From: Spirochaetia bacterium
Lineage (GTDB): Bacteria; Spirochaetota; Spirochaetia; SZUA-6; Bin103
Direction: 5' to 3'
Assembly: GCA_965203905.1 (NCBI GenBank)
Contig: CBDBDQ010000005.1
Location: forward strand, 7,200,001-7,264,000
Length of the DNA stretch: 64,000 nucleotides
Position numbers and translations under genes: made by a program. How positions within the stretch are numbered: position 1 is the stretch's first letter; every line of letters starts with the position of its first letter. Below are positions 9,844 through 19,877 of the stretch, piece by piece. A model generated the notes under the pieces. It made no database searches and was not told where the DNA came from. It saw only the letters and a program-made list of their open reading frames with translations.

Positions 9844-11190
9844 GTGCAGCAAGCGACGAGAACCGAGTTCCTGGAGCGCGACCAGCGCCACCTGATCCAT
9901 CCGATACACAGCCGCAGCGTCCACGCCAACGGCCACGTCTGGGTAAGCGGTCACGGCGCGGTCCTGGTCGACGCCGACGGCAAGGAGTACCTGGACGGCC
10001 TCGCGGGGCTGTGGAACGTGGCTGCGGGCCACGGCCGTGACGAGCTGGCGGACGCCGCCGCGCAGCAGATGAGCACCCTGGCCTACTGCTCCGCCTACGC
10101 GGGCAGCTCCAATCCCGCGGCCATCGAGCTGGCAGAGCGGCTGGCGGGCCTCACCTACCCCTCCATCAACCGCTTCTTCTTCACCTCGGGCGGCGGCGAG
10201 TCGAGCGAAACCTCGTTCAAGCTGGCGCGCTCCTACTGGAAGCTGCGCGGCAAGCCGCACAAGACCAAGGTGATCTCCCGCCAGTGGGGGTACCACGGGG
10301 TTACCCTGGCGGCCATGAGCGCCACCGGAATCTCCACCTACTGGCCCGCGTTCGAGCCGCGGGTGCCGGGTTTTCTGCAGATTCCCTCGCCCTACCCCTA
10401 TCGCTACGAGGCGCCGGCCGGGGTGAGCCAGGGCGTTGCCGCCGCCGACGAGCTGGAGCGCGCCATCCAGCGCGAGGGCGCCGACACGGTGGCCATGTTC
10501 CTGGCCGAGCCGGTGCAGGGCGCCGGCGGCGTGATCGTGCCGCAGGACGACTACTTCGCGCGCATCCGCGAGATCTGCGACCGTTACGACGTGCTGCTGG
10601 CGGCCGACGAGGTGATCACCGGCTTCGGCCGCACCGGCAAGCTGTTCGCCCTCGACCACTGGGGCGTGGAGCCGGACGTGATGCAGTTCGCCAAGGCGGT
10701 CACCTCCGGTTACTTCCCCCTGGGCGGAGTCGGCGTCAACGACACCATCGCCGAGGTGCTCGACGAGTCCTCTTCCCCGTGGATGCACGCCTACACCTAC
10801 AGTGCCCATCCCGTGGGCTGCGCGGTGGCGCTGCGCAACATCGACATCATCCTGGACGAGGATTTTCCGGCGCAGGCCGCCGCCAAGGGCGAGCACCTGC
10901 TGGCGGGCCTGGAGGCGGCCCTGGCGCACCACCCGAACGTGGGCGAGGTGCGCGGCAAGGGGCTGATGTGCGCGGTCGAGATCGTGCAGGACAAGGCCAC
11001 CAAGGCGGAGTTCCCCAGCGCCGACAACATCGGGGTGCAGGTGCACGCCGCGACCCAGCAGCGGGGCCTGTTCAGCCGCCTGCGCGGGGACGTGTTCTGC
11101 CTCGCGCCGCCGGTGGTCACCAGCACCGAGCAACTCGACCGCATCGTCGAGATCCTCACCGCCGCGATCGCCGAGGTGCTGCCCGCTTGA
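9844..11190 (+). CDS. Class III PLP aminotransferase (omega-amine transaminase-like)
   Basis: YLDGLAGLWN, YHGVT, EPVQGAGG, DEVITGFGRTG, FAKAVTSGYFPLG. Confidence 0.92.
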   Translation: MQQATRTEFLERDQRHLIHPIHSRSVHANGHVWVSGHGAVLVDADGKEYLDGLAGLWNVAAGHGRDELADAAAQQMSTLAYCSAYAGSSNPAAIELAERLAGLTYPSINRFFFTSGGGESSETSFKLARSYWKLRGKPHKTKVISRQWGYHGVTLAAMSATGISTYWPAFEPRVPGFLQIPSPYPYRYEAPAGVSQGVAAADELERAIQREGADTVAMFLAEPVQGAGGVIVPQDDYFARIREICDRYDVLLAADEVITGFGRTGKLFALDHWGVEPDVMQFAKAVTSGYFPLGGVGVNDTIAEVLDESSSPWMHAYTYSAHPVGCAVALRNIDIILDEDFPAQAAAKGEHLLAGLEAALAHHPNVGEVRGKGLMCAVEIVQDKATKAEFPSADNIGVQVHAATQQRGLFSRLRGDVFCLAPPVVTSTEQLDRIVEILTAAIAEVLPA

Positions 11191-11202
11191 CTCGCTTATT
11201 AG

Positions 11203-12033
11203 CTACGTGTACTTGACGTTCTCGATGTAGCCGTAGGCGGTGAGGGGCGCCGTGGCCATCAGGCCCCCGTCCACCGGCAGCACCACGCCGGAGATCCAGC
11301 GCGACTCGTCGCTGGCCAGGAACACCGCCGCCCAGGCGATGTCCCAGGCAGTGCCTTCCGTGCCCAGCGGTGCGGCCCGCCGTCGCAGGTCGCGGGTGCG
11401 CTCGGGAAAGTGGCCGGTGAACGCGGCGTGCAGGTGCCCGGGTGCGATGCAGTTGGCGCGGATGCCCTCGCGGCCGTGGTAGGCGGCGGTGGTCCGGGTG
11501 AGCATGTGCAGGGCGCCCTTGGCGATGCCGTAGGGGACGTTGATGGACATGCCGGCGCTGATGCCGTCGATCGAGGACACGTTGATGATGGAGCCGCCGC
11601 CGTGCGCCCGCATGTGGGGAATGGCGTGCTTGCTGGCGAAGACGGCGCTCTTGAGGTTGATGTCCAGGCTGCGCTCCAGCACCGCCTCGTCGAGCTCCGC
11701 TACCGTGCCCCCCACGCCGATCCCGCAGTTGTTCACCAGCACGTGCAGGGCACCGTAGCGCTCCACCGCCGCGGCCGCCATCGCCGCGCACTGCTCGCTG
11801 CTGGATACGTCGGCGGTGAATGCCGAGCCCTCGCCTCCCTCCGCCTGCAACGCCGCCAACGTGCGGGCGGCGTTCTCAGCGTGCAGATCCACCACCAGCA
11901 CGCGCGCCCCCTCGCGCGCCAGCGCCACCGAGATCGCGCGCCCGGTACCCAGCTCGGTGCCCTCGCGCGATCCGCCACCGGTGACGATGGCCACCTTCCC
12001 GGCCAGGCGGCCGTTACCATTCCTCGACTCCAT
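11203..12033 (-). CDS. SDR-family NAD(P)-dependent oxidoreductase
   Basis: VAIVTGGG, VNN, INVSS, YGIAK, GIRANCIAPG, VDGG. Confidence 0.92.
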   Translation of the reverse strand: MESRNGNGRLAGKVAIVTGGGSREGTELGTGRAISVALAREGARVLVVDLHAENAARTLAALQAEGGEGSAFTADVSSSEQCAAMAAAAVERYGALHVLVNNCGIGVGGTVAELDEAVLERSLDINLKSAVFASKHAIPHMRAHGGGSIINVSSIDGISAGMSINVPYGIAKGALHMLTRTTAAYHGREGIRANCIAPGHLHAAFTGHFPERTRDLRRRAAPLGTEGTAWDIAWAAVFLASDESRWISGVVLPVDGGLMATAPLTAYGYIENVKYT

Positions 12034-12127
12034 GCGCGGAGCATGCCCGAAAGCAACGGCTTGGGGTAGGCGCCAGTAGGCGCCTTGACGGTATGTCCCG
12101 GCGCTTCATACTTGCAGTCGAGGAGTA

Positions 12128-13327
12128 ATGCCCGTGGCTACGTTGAGTCAGGTACAGATCGACAGTTTCCGTGACCGTGGCTTCCTGGTGGTCTCCGACC
12201 TGCTGAGCACCGATGAAGTGAACCGCATCGCCGAGGCGGCGCGCGAGGAGTTCGAGACCCACCGTTACATGGCAGCCAAGGCACGCTTCCCGGCCCCGAC
12301 CAAGTATGTCCTGTCGGAGGACAGCCTGCGGCTGCCTGACATCCGCCTGGTGGTCGATCATCCGCAACTCGTGTCCGCCGTCAGCGAGCTGCTGGCGGAC
12401 GAGGTGTGCCTGTCGGCGTTCGTGATCTACTCTATGCCGCCCGGCACCCAGGGCACCGGCGGGGACTATCAGCGCAGCCACGAGTCGGCGCACTGCGACT
12501 ACAAGCCGTTCCGTCCGGTCGGCTCGTCGCTGCGCTGGCTGTTCGCGATCGTGCCGCTGGTGGACTACACGGAGGAAGTGGGACCGCTGCTGGTCTCCCC
12601 CGGCTCGCACAAGATCCCGGAGCTGACGCGCCGCGGCCGCGTGACCCACGTGCGCCGGGCGCGCGCCGACGAGTTGCCCGCTTTCGTCGACACCCGCCTG
12701 CGGCGCGGCCAGGTGGCGTTCATGGACATGTTCACCTGGCATCAGGCGTACGGCAACCGCTCCGACCGCCTCCGCTACGGCGTGTACAACAAGTACCGCG
12801 TGCGCAGCGCCCCGCCGGGCTGCGGTCCCTACCTATACCGCGACAGCTCCGCCGCGCTGTTCGGCACCACCGGCGGCGGGCTGCTGGCCAACCACGCCGC
12901 GGGCCGGATCGCGGAGACCCGGCTGCTGGTCGAGGCGGACGAGCGGTTCCTGGTCATCGACGGATGCGTTCCCGGAGGTCCGGCGCAGCCTGGTCCGAAA
13001 CGCGTGGGCAGCGATGAGGACAACGTCATCGGCCAGCTCCTGGAGGCGGCGGAGCGCCAGCTCGGCGGACAGCCGCCGTGGGTGAGCTACGTGGGCGACT
13101 ACCCCGTGGGCGCCGACGGCAGCGACCGCTGCCGGGTTTACGCCTGTCCCCGCGACGCGCTGCCGGGCGCCGCCGTGGCTGCTCCGGGCGCGCGCTGGCT
13201 TAGCGCCGATCAACTCCCAGGCGAGACCGGCAACTCCTGTCTCTCGACCGCGGCCGAGTCGTGGCTGCACGACCCGGTGCTGCGTGGCATCGGGCAATCG
13301 TACGCCCAGGCCCACGCACCCGCGTAG
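12128..13327 (+). CDS. PhyH-family Fe(II)/2OG dioxygenase with C-terminal NUDIX-like extension
   Basis: FRDRGFLVV, HCD, GPLLVSPGSH, TWH; extra ~140 aa C-terminal domain. Confidence 0.75.
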   Translation: MPVATLSQVQIDSFRDRGFLVVSDLLSTDEVNRIAEAAREEFETHRYMAAKARFPAPTKYVLSEDSLRLPDIRLVVDHPQLVSAVSELLADEVCLSAFVIYSMPPGTQGTGGDYQRSHESAHCDYKPFRPVGSSLRWLFAIVPLVDYTEEVGPLLVSPGSHKIPELTRRGRVTHVRRARADELPAFVDTRLRRGQVAFMDMFTWHQAYGNRSDRLRYGVYNKYRVRSAPPGCGPYLYRDSSAALFGTTGGGLLANHAAGRIAETRLLVEADERFLVIDGCVPGGPAQPGPKRVGSDEDNVIGQLLEAAERQLGGQPPWVSYVGDYPVGADGSDRCRVYACPRDALPGAAVAAPGARWLSADQLPGETGNSCLSTAAESWLHDPVLRGIGQSYAQAHAPA

Positions 13328-13344
13328 TCGAACCCGTACCCCGT

Positions 13345-14556
13345 ATGTGGAAGACCTTGCGCTCGGTAGTACGCTTCCGGCGCCGGGCGCGCACACCCCA
13401 GGAACGGCTGCGCGCGCAGGCCGTGAACATCGAGGACCTGCGGCAGCTGGCGCTGCGGCGCTTGCCGCGCGGCGTGTTCAACTACATCGACGGCGGGGCC
13501 GAGGACGAGGTGACGCTGCGCGCCAACAGTGACGCCTTCCGGCGCTGGAACTTCGCACCGCGGGTGCTGGAGGACGTGTCGCAGGTGGACACCGGCGTCA
13601 GCCTGCTCGGCCGCCGGCTGCCGTTTCCGCTGGTGCTCGCCCCCACCGGCTTCGCCCGCATGGCCGACCCGGAGGGCGAGCTGGCGGTGGCCCGCGCCGC
13701 CGCCCGGGCCGGGCTTCCCTTCAGCCTTTCCACGGTAGCCACGCGCTCCATCGAGGAAGTGGCGGCGGCCGCCGCTGACGGGGCGCTCTGGTTCCAGCTC
13801 TACGTGCTGCGCGACCGCGGCATGGTGCGGGAGCTGGTGCAGCGGGCGGCGGCGGCCGGTTACCAGGCGCTGATGCCCACCGTGGACATCCCCGTGCCCG
13901 GGCGCCGCGAACGCGACGTGCGCCGGGGCTTTACCCTGCCGCCGCAGCTCGGTCCCGGCACCATCGTCGACGGCATCCGCCACCCCGGCTGGACCTGGCG
14001 CTTCATTCGCTCCGATCCCATCGTGTTCTCCAACGTGGGCGCCGGTGCCGCCGGCGACGGCTCGACCCCGGTGGCGCTGTCCAGTCTGATCAACACCCTG
14101 TTCGACCCCGCCTTCACCTGGCGCGACCTGGCGTGGCTGCGGGAGATCTGGGAGGGAGCGCTGGTGGTCAAGGGGATCCAGACGGTGGCGGACGCGCGCC
14201 TGGCCGCCGACCACGGCTGCGACGCCATCGTGCTGTCCAACCACGGCGGCCGCCAGCTCGACGGGGCGCCGCCGATCCTCGACTTGGTGGCGCCGGTGGT
14301 GGACGCGGTCGGAAGCCGGGTGGCGGTGATCTGCGACGGCGGCGTGCGCCGCGGCGGCGACATCGTCAAGGCGCTGGCGCTTGGCGCCCACGCCTGCATG
14401 GCGGGACGCGCCTACCTCTACGGCCTCGGCGCCGGCGGCGAGGCCGGGGTGGACTACGCCATCGCCCTGCTGGCCGAGGAGATGGCGCGTACCATGGCGC
14501 TGCTGGGCTGTCGCACCGTGGCGCAGCTCGGCCGCGCCCATCTGACCCGCGCCTGA
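13345..14556 (+). CDS. FMN-dependent alpha-hydroxy acid dehydrogenase (LldD-like)
   Basis: YIDGGAEDE, WFQLY, LVVKG, SNHGGRQLD, DGGVRRGGD, GRAYLYGL. Confidence 0.92.
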   Translation: MWKTLRSVVRFRRRARTPQERLRAQAVNIEDLRQLALRRLPRGVFNYIDGGAEDEVTLRANSDAFRRWNFAPRVLEDVSQVDTGVSLLGRRLPFPLVLAPTGFARMADPEGELAVARAAARAGLPFSLSTVATRSIEEVAAAAADGALWFQLYVLRDRGMVRELVQRAAAAGYQALMPTVDIPVPGRRERDVRRGFTLPPQLGPGTIVDGIRHPGWTWRFIRSDPIVFSNVGAGAAGDGSTPVALSSLINTLFDPAFTWRDLAWLREIWEGALVVKGIQTVADARLAADHGCDAIVLSNHGGRQLDGAPPILDLVAPVVDAVGSRVAVICDGGVRRGGDIVKALALGAHACMAGRAYLYGLGAGGEAGVDYAIALLAEEMARTMALLGCRTVAQLGRAHLTRA

Positions 14557-14643
14557 ACTCTCCCGATGCGGGCCGGATCCGTGGCCAAAAGGCCGACACG
14601 GCGGCGCCGTGCGGCCCCCGTGGCCGGTCGACCTGGTCGCCCG

Positions 14644-15141
14644 TCAGTCGGGGCGCTCGAGGCGCAGCAGTTGGGCGGCGGCGCCGGAAGCGCCGGCCCA
14701 GGGGCAACCGATCCTGAACGCCGCCACGGCGCAGGTGCGCAGTGCCAGGTGGCGCCCGGCGAGCTGTCCCGCCAGTTCGCTGAAAGCCGGGTCGTGTCCG
14801 ACCAGCAGCACCGACCGCAGACTCTCGTCCAGGTCGTGGACCAGGGCCAGCAGGGTGCCGACCCGCGCCTCGTAAATCCTCTCGTCGCGGACAATGCGGT
14901 CGCTGGGGAAACCTGCCGCCCGCGCCCACTCGGCGGCCGTGGCGGCGGCGCGCGCCGCCGGACTGGTCACCACCAGCTCGGGCAGCGGTCCCCGTGCGGC
15001 GAAGCGGCTGCCAAGGGCGGCCGCCGCCCGCCGTCCGCGACCGGTGAGCTCGCGGGCGGCGTCGGGCTGGCCCGGTTGCGGCGACCTGGCCTTGGCATGG
15101 CGCAACAGATACAGCGTCCTGGTCGTCTCGTTCACGGTCAT
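14644..15141 (-). CDS. sixA: SixA-like histidine phosphatase
   Basis: LYLLRHAKA, RELTGRG, TSPAARA, LLVGHDP. Confidence 0.8.
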   Translation of the reverse strand: MTVNETTRTLYLLRHAKARSPQPGQPDAARELTGRGRRAAAALGSRFAARGPLPELVVTSPAARAAATAAEWARAAGFPSDRIVRDERIYEARVGTLLALVHDLDESLRSVLLVGHDPAFSELAGQLAGRHLALRTCAVAAFRIGCPWAGASGAAAQLLRLERPD

Positions 15142-16466
15142 TCCTCCCTCAGCCGCAGGTCACGCGCGAACACCCGTCCCGGACCGCCGCCCACGAACAC
15201 CCGCGCCTCCACCGCGCGCGCAGCGGCCGGTGCGCGCGCGCTCACCCCGGCATCGCGCCAGGGTACGGTCCCGCGCAACGGTGCGCTGCGGGGCGCCGCG
15301 GGAGCGCTGGTGAGCGCCCCGCCCAGGCCGTCCAGGAAGTAGAGCTGCAGGTGGGCGGCGACGGCCACCTGCTCCGTGCGCAATGCCCCGGTCAGCGTAT
15401 AGCCGCGTCCCGGCTCCACCGCCACCCGCTGCGCAAGGAACAGCGCCCCGCTGCCCGCGTTGGCCAGTCCCGGTGCCCCGTCGCCGCCGCGGGCGAACGC
15501 GCCTGCCCCCTCCGCGAAGCGCCGGTAGACGTGCCAGCCCGCCGGCACCCCGGCCGCATCCGGGTCGCCCAGCGCGCCGTTGTGCAGCCGCTCCAGCGTC
15601 GGTACGCGCGGCCGGTGATTGCAGAACGTCCACACGACGTTGCCGGAACGGTCCACCTCCAGCACCCGATGGTGGTGCTGATCGGAGATCAGGACATTGC
15701 CGTTCGGCTGCCGGTCCGCCTCGTAGAAGCTGGCGTAGTAGTCCACCGCGAACTGCCACTCCACCTCCCCCAGTGGGCTCACCTCCAGCACCCGGTGGTG
15801 GCGCGAGTCGGTGATCAGCACGCGCCGGTCGTCCACCCGGTCGGCGTCGCGCGGGAAGTTCAGCAGACCGGGCGCCGCGTCGCCGTAGCTCCACACGATC
15901 GTTCCGGCGCGGTCGATCTCCAGCACCCGGTTGGCACCGGAGGCGGCCAGCAGGATGTTGCCGTTCGGCTGCCGGTCGGCGTTGTGCGGATGGTGGATGG
16001 CCGGGCTCCGAAGACTCCACCGCACCCGGCCCGCGGCGTCCACGACCACTACCCGGTCCTGGTTGCGGTCGGTGACCAGAAAGGTCCCGTCGTCGAGCTG
16101 ATGGGCGTCGTTGGGATAGTCCAGCCGCGAGCCGTCCGAGAGAAGCCCCCACTGCGCCGAGTCGAGGCGCACGCTGCCGTCGGGGGCGACGACCAGCAGT
16201 CGATGATTGCCGGTGTCGGTGATCAGCGTGGCACCGTCCGCCAGCCGCTCGGCGCTGTGGGCGAAGTCCAGTCCATCGCCGAAGCGCCACACCACCTCGC
16301 CGGCCGGGGTCACCTCCAGGATCTCGCTGCCCTCGCCCAACTCGTCGCCGGCGTCCGCGACCAGGGTGTTGCCGCCCGCCAACCGCTGCACGCTGCAGGG
16401 AAAGTCGAGTATTCCTGCCCGCCCGTCTGCGCCCATTCCGATGAGCCGGACGGTACGTCCGTCCAT
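15138..16466 (-). CDS. Beta-propeller repeat protein (arylsulfotransferase/NHL-like) with C-terminal carbohydrate-binding-like domain
   Basis: About 6 repeats of A.R...G..LI.D...RV.EV...G..VW; C-terminal NGAL..AGW..QRVAVEPGRGYTL beta-sandwich. Confidence 0.65.
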   Translation of the reverse strand: MDGRTVRLIGMGADGRAGILDFPCSVQRLAGGNTLVADAGDELGEGSEILEVTPAGEVVWRFGDGLDFAHSAERLADGATLITDTGNHRLLVVAPDGSVRLDSAQWGLLSDGSRLDYPNDAHQLDDGTFLVTDRNQDRVVVVDAAGRVRWSLRSPAIHHPHNADRQPNGNILLAASGANRVLEIDRAGTIVWSYGDAAPGLLNFPRDADRVDDRRVLITDSRHHRVLEVSPLGEVEWQFAVDYYASFYEADRQPNGNVLISDQHHHRVLEVDRSGNVVWTFCNHRPRVPTLERLHNGALGDPDAAGVPAGWHVYRRFAEGAGAFARGGDGAPGLANAGSGALFLAQRVAVEPGRGYTLTGALRTEQVAVAAHLQLYFLDGLGGALTSAPAAPRSAPLRGTVPWRDAGVSARAPAAARAVEARVFVGGGPGRVFARDLRLREE

Positions 16467-16554
16467 CCTCACTGTCAACGCGGCTCGGGGGAGCCGAACC
16501 GCGTCAGCGACTGGCGCCGAGGGCAGCCGCCGGGAGCTGAGGCTGGGCGGGGCG

Positions 16555-18690
16555 CTACAGCGGGGCGACGTCGACGTCCCAGTACTCGATGCGGCCCTCC
16601 TCGCCGATCAGCGCCACCGCGCCGCCGCCCAGCGCGTCGTCGCTGGCCTCGATGGCCGGCCCGTCGTCGACCGCGCCGCGGATGGTGGTGCCGTCCACTT
16701 CCAGGGTGAGCCGGTGCTGTTCGTCGAGCCCGCCGGCCAGCGGCGCCTCGCCGAGCACCACGGTCGCGTTGACGCGGCGGACCAGCCGCACCACGCCGTC
16801 GCCGCCGATCAGCAGCGCGTAGTAGCGCTGCATGCCGCCGGCGCGCGCGCCGATGCCGCCCGCCTTGGCCATGTGGATGCGCATGGTCGCCGTGACCCGG
16901 TAGTCGGTCCAGGTCTCGCCGCCCTGCATCGCCAGCCCGACTCCCTCGTTCTGGATCAGCCGGATCGGCTCGGCCCAGTCCTTGGGCCAGAACAGGGAGG
17001 CGCCGTTCACCCAGGCGCGCCCCCACCACGGCAGCGCGCGGATCTTGGGACGCTCTTTCGCGGCGCCGCTCGGGCGCGACAGGTTGCTGCGCGGGGCGCC
17101 GTCCCAGGTCAGCCAGTCGAGATACAGCGTGCCGGACAAGGCGGCGGTGCCGGATGCCGCTGATTCCGCGGAGACGCCGACGCGGGCCACGGGGTGACCG
17201 TTGGTGTCGGGCATCTCCCACTCCAGCTCGGCGCCGGTGCCGGGCGCCAGCTCCACCGGATCGGAGGCGACTTTCTCCGTGTCATCCTCGGCGCGCACCA
17301 CCGTAGCCCACAGCCGGCACGCCACGGCACCGGTCGCCGCGGCATCCAGGTCCACCCGCGCGCGGATGCGCTGCCCCGGATGCAGGGTCGGCGAGGCCAG
17401 GAGCTGGTAGCCGCCCACCTTGTCGCCGTCCATGGGAATGAAGGTGGCGGTCGACGCGCCGGCGCCGTGCGCCGCATCGACGCCCTCGAACCGCACCGCC
17501 AGCCGGCCGCCGTCGTTGGCCACCGCCGTGGCCGCACCGCCCGGCTCGAACCCCTGCACCGAACCCGGCAGCGAGAAGTGGAAGCGCGCCCCCCGCTTCG
17601 GCGCGAGCGGATCCAGTCCCTGCAGGCCGCGGCCCAGGTTGATCAGCCGGTAGGACTGCTGCACCGCGTCGGTGATGCAGCGCCCGCCGTCGGCGGTGGG
17701 CAGGTACAACCGGTCGGCCACCGGGCCGCGCCACTTGCCGGCGCCGTCTCCGTTCGCCGTGGCCGGATCGATCGCCGCCAAGCCGCCGCGGATGCCGAGC
17801 AGGCAGCCGACGTTGCCGGAGTTGCAGTCGGTGTCCCAGCCGCAGGTGTTGGCGATCATCAGCGAATGGGCGAAGTCGCCGCCGCCGTGGAGCAGCGCCA
17901 GGATGATGATGGCGTGGTTGGGCACCATGTGGCAGTTGCCGCCGTACTTGTCGTAGCCGTAGCTGCCCTGCACGCGCCCGAAGCTCTTGCGCCAGTCGTC
18001 GCCGTCGGCGGCGTGCCACTCGCGGAGGTCGGCGATCAGGCGCGCGATCACCGAGTCGGCGGGAATGAAGCGCACGCCGGTGTCCAGCAGGGTGTTCATG
18101 TCCGACTCGGTGAACGCCGCCGCCTCCATCGCCGCCAGCACCTGGGCGCCGTACACCGCCTCGCCGTCGTGGCTCACGCTGCCCGCCTTGGCAGCGAGTG
18201 CGGCGGCCAGCTCGGGATCGCCCGGCGCCACCATGGCCCAGCCGTCGATGAAGATCTGGGCGCCGATCTGCTCCGCCACCACCTTGGTGTTGAGGGCGAT
18301 GGAGCCGCTGCACGGTGCCTCCACGCCGTTCTTGAGGCGCAGGTAGGCGGTGTGCTCGGTGGAGTTGCCCAGGCCACCCCACCACAGCACGGTGCGTTCC
18401 TCGATCAGATAGTTGAGCCAGGTGCGGCCGATGTCGGCGGCACTGACGTCTGCGCCCCCGGCGAAGTCCTCCAGCGCCCGAATGAAGGTGAAGGTTCCCG
18501 ATATGTCGTCGTCGGTGACGATCAGCGGCACGCCGAAGCGCTCGTGCACGTAGTCGGTGACCTCACCGAGCTCGCGATCGATCCGCTCGTACTCCCAGCC
18601 CTCGAACGGGCGCCCCAGGTAGACGCCGATAATCTTTCCCAACACGCCCGCGTAGACGCGTTCCGCATAGTCCCGTGGTAGCTGCATCAC
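16555..18690 (-). CDS. ADP-ribosylglycohydrolase family protein with C-terminal beta-sandwich domains
   Basis: GKIIGVYLGRPFEGW, TDDD, SHDGEA, GWDTDCNSGNVG. Confidence 0.85.
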   Translation of the reverse strand: MMQLPRDYAERVYAGVLGKIIGVYLGRPFEGWEYERIDRELGEVTDYVHERFGVPLIVTDDDISGTFTFIRALEDFAGGADVSAADIGRTWLNYLIEERTVLWWGGLGNSTEHTAYLRLKNGVEAPCSGSIALNTKVVAEQIGAQIFIDGWAMVAPGDPELAAALAAKAGSVSHDGEAVYGAQVLAAMEAAAFTESDMNTLLDTGVRFIPADSVIARLIADLREWHAADGDDWRKSFGRVQGSYGYDKYGGNCHMVPNHAIIILALLHGGGDFAHSLMIANTCGWDTDCNSGNVGCLLGIRGGLAAIDPATANGDGAGKWRGPVADRLYLPTADGGRCITDAVQQSYRLINLGRGLQGLDPLAPKRGARFHFSLPGSVQGFEPGGAATAVANDGGRLAVRFEGVDAAHGAGASTATFIPMDGDKVGGYQLLASPTLHPGQRIRARVDLDAAATGAVACRLWATVVRAEDDTEKVASDPVELAPGTGAELEWEMPDTNGHPVARVGVSAESAASGTAALSGTLYLDWLTWDGAPRSNLSRPSGAAKERPKIRALPWWGRAWVNGASLFWPKDWAEPIRLIQNEGVGLAMQGGETWTDYRVTATMRIHMAKAGGIGARAGGMQRYYALLIGGDGVVRLVRRVNATVVLGEAPLAGGLDEQHRLTLEVDGTTIRGAVDDGPAIEASDDALGGGAVALIGEEGRIEYWDVDVAPL

Positions 18691-18743
18691 GGCGGCATCC
18701 TAAGGTGGGCCACCGCCTGCTGCAAGACGCACGTCGCGGCAGC

Positions 18744-18884
18744 TCAGCCCAGCCGCAGCAACCGCCAGGCGGCCGGCAGCAGCAACGCCGCCCAGACCAG
18801 CTTGACCAGATCGAACAGGATGAACGGGGTAAGTCCCCAGGCCAGGATCGGGTTGTCCCAGCCGGCAACGGTTCCGAGCCCGCT
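18744..18884 (-). pseudogene. bioY: 3'-end remnant of a BioY biotin transporter gene
   Basis: Manual translation GLGTVAGWDNPILAWGLTPFILFDLVKLVWAALLLPAAWRLLRLG*; no recognisable 5' part. Confidence 0.7.
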
Positions 18885-18928
18885 TGCGCTTCGGCGTACC
18901 ATCCGGTACACACAAACACCCGCCCACC

Positions 18929-19828
18929 ATGTCGATCACCAAGACGCGCCTACGGCAGATCGTGTGCCTGCGACTTTCCGCGCTCCTGTGCGCCGCGCTG
19001 CTGGTGGCCGGTTGCAACCAGTTCATTGACCGGCAGGAGTACCAGCCAACCCCGATACCCGCCGACGTCACGCGCTTGTTCAGAGTGTCCGGCGATTCCG
19101 GCTCGGACACGGTGTGGATCGTCGAACAGGGCGGTCCGCAGCACGAACTCGCCGACGATCCGCGCGCCGAGTTCAGGAACTTCCCCAACCACGAGGACCT
19201 GCTCTTCGCCCTGGTGCATCAGACCCTCACGCTGGAGAATGACCTGGCGGCCCGCTATGAGGAGCTGTCGTTGGCCGACCTCAAGGCGGAGGTCGACGTC
19301 AGCGTGGAGATACTGCGCCGGACCATCCGCCACTTCAAGGCGCAGGGGAAGCGTGTGGTGGTGGTCGGGCACTCGTTCGGGGCGATTCTTGCCACCCGCT
19401 ATCTGGCGCTCGAAGGCCCCGGCGAGGTGGACCGATTCCTGATCATGGCGGGACGGCTGGACATGCCCCGCGTCGTCGTTGACGGCGCGCTGAATGGCGT
19501 GTGGCACTACTTCCCGAATGGGGGAGAACCGGTACGTGACCCCACGCTGCAACCGGTGACAAGTCAACAGTTCACTGAGCTTCGCATCGCGGGTGCCGCG
19601 GCACACGACCGCTACACCGCGCGGCTTGCGGGCACCGACCTGAGCCGCGTGATTTACGTGTACGGCACGGCCGACGAGGCAATTGGGCGCCTGAGCGAGG
19701 TCGAGGACTCGTTCTTGAGATCGATGGGGAGCACGGTCATCAAGGTAGAGGGCGGGCACCACACCAGCATGTTCGAAGATCCCGAGACCATCCGCAGGAT
19801 CGCCGAAGCCCTGCAACGGCCGCTTTGA
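18929..19828 (+). CDS. Alpha/beta-hydrolase lipoprotein (paralog 1)
   Basis: Lipobox LVAGC, QGGP, GHSFG nucleophile, YGTADE, GGHH. Confidence 0.8.
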   Translation: MSITKTRLRQIVCLRLSALLCAALLVAGCNQFIDRQEYQPTPIPADVTRLFRVSGDSGSDTVWIVEQGGPQHELADDPRAEFRNFPNHEDLLFALVHQTLTLENDLAARYEELSLADLKAEVDVSVEILRRTIRHFKAQGKRVVVVGHSFGAILATRYLALEGPGEVDRFLIMAGRLDMPRVVVDGALNGVWHYFPNGGEPVRDPTLQPVTSQQFTELRIAGAAAHDRYTARLAGTDLSRVIYVYGTADEAIGRLSEVEDSFLRSMGSTVIKVEGGHHTSMFEDPETIRRIAEALQRPL

Positions 19829-19877
19829 TATGGCTCCACGTCTCTCGATACCGCATGCACAAGCCAGCAGACGACAG

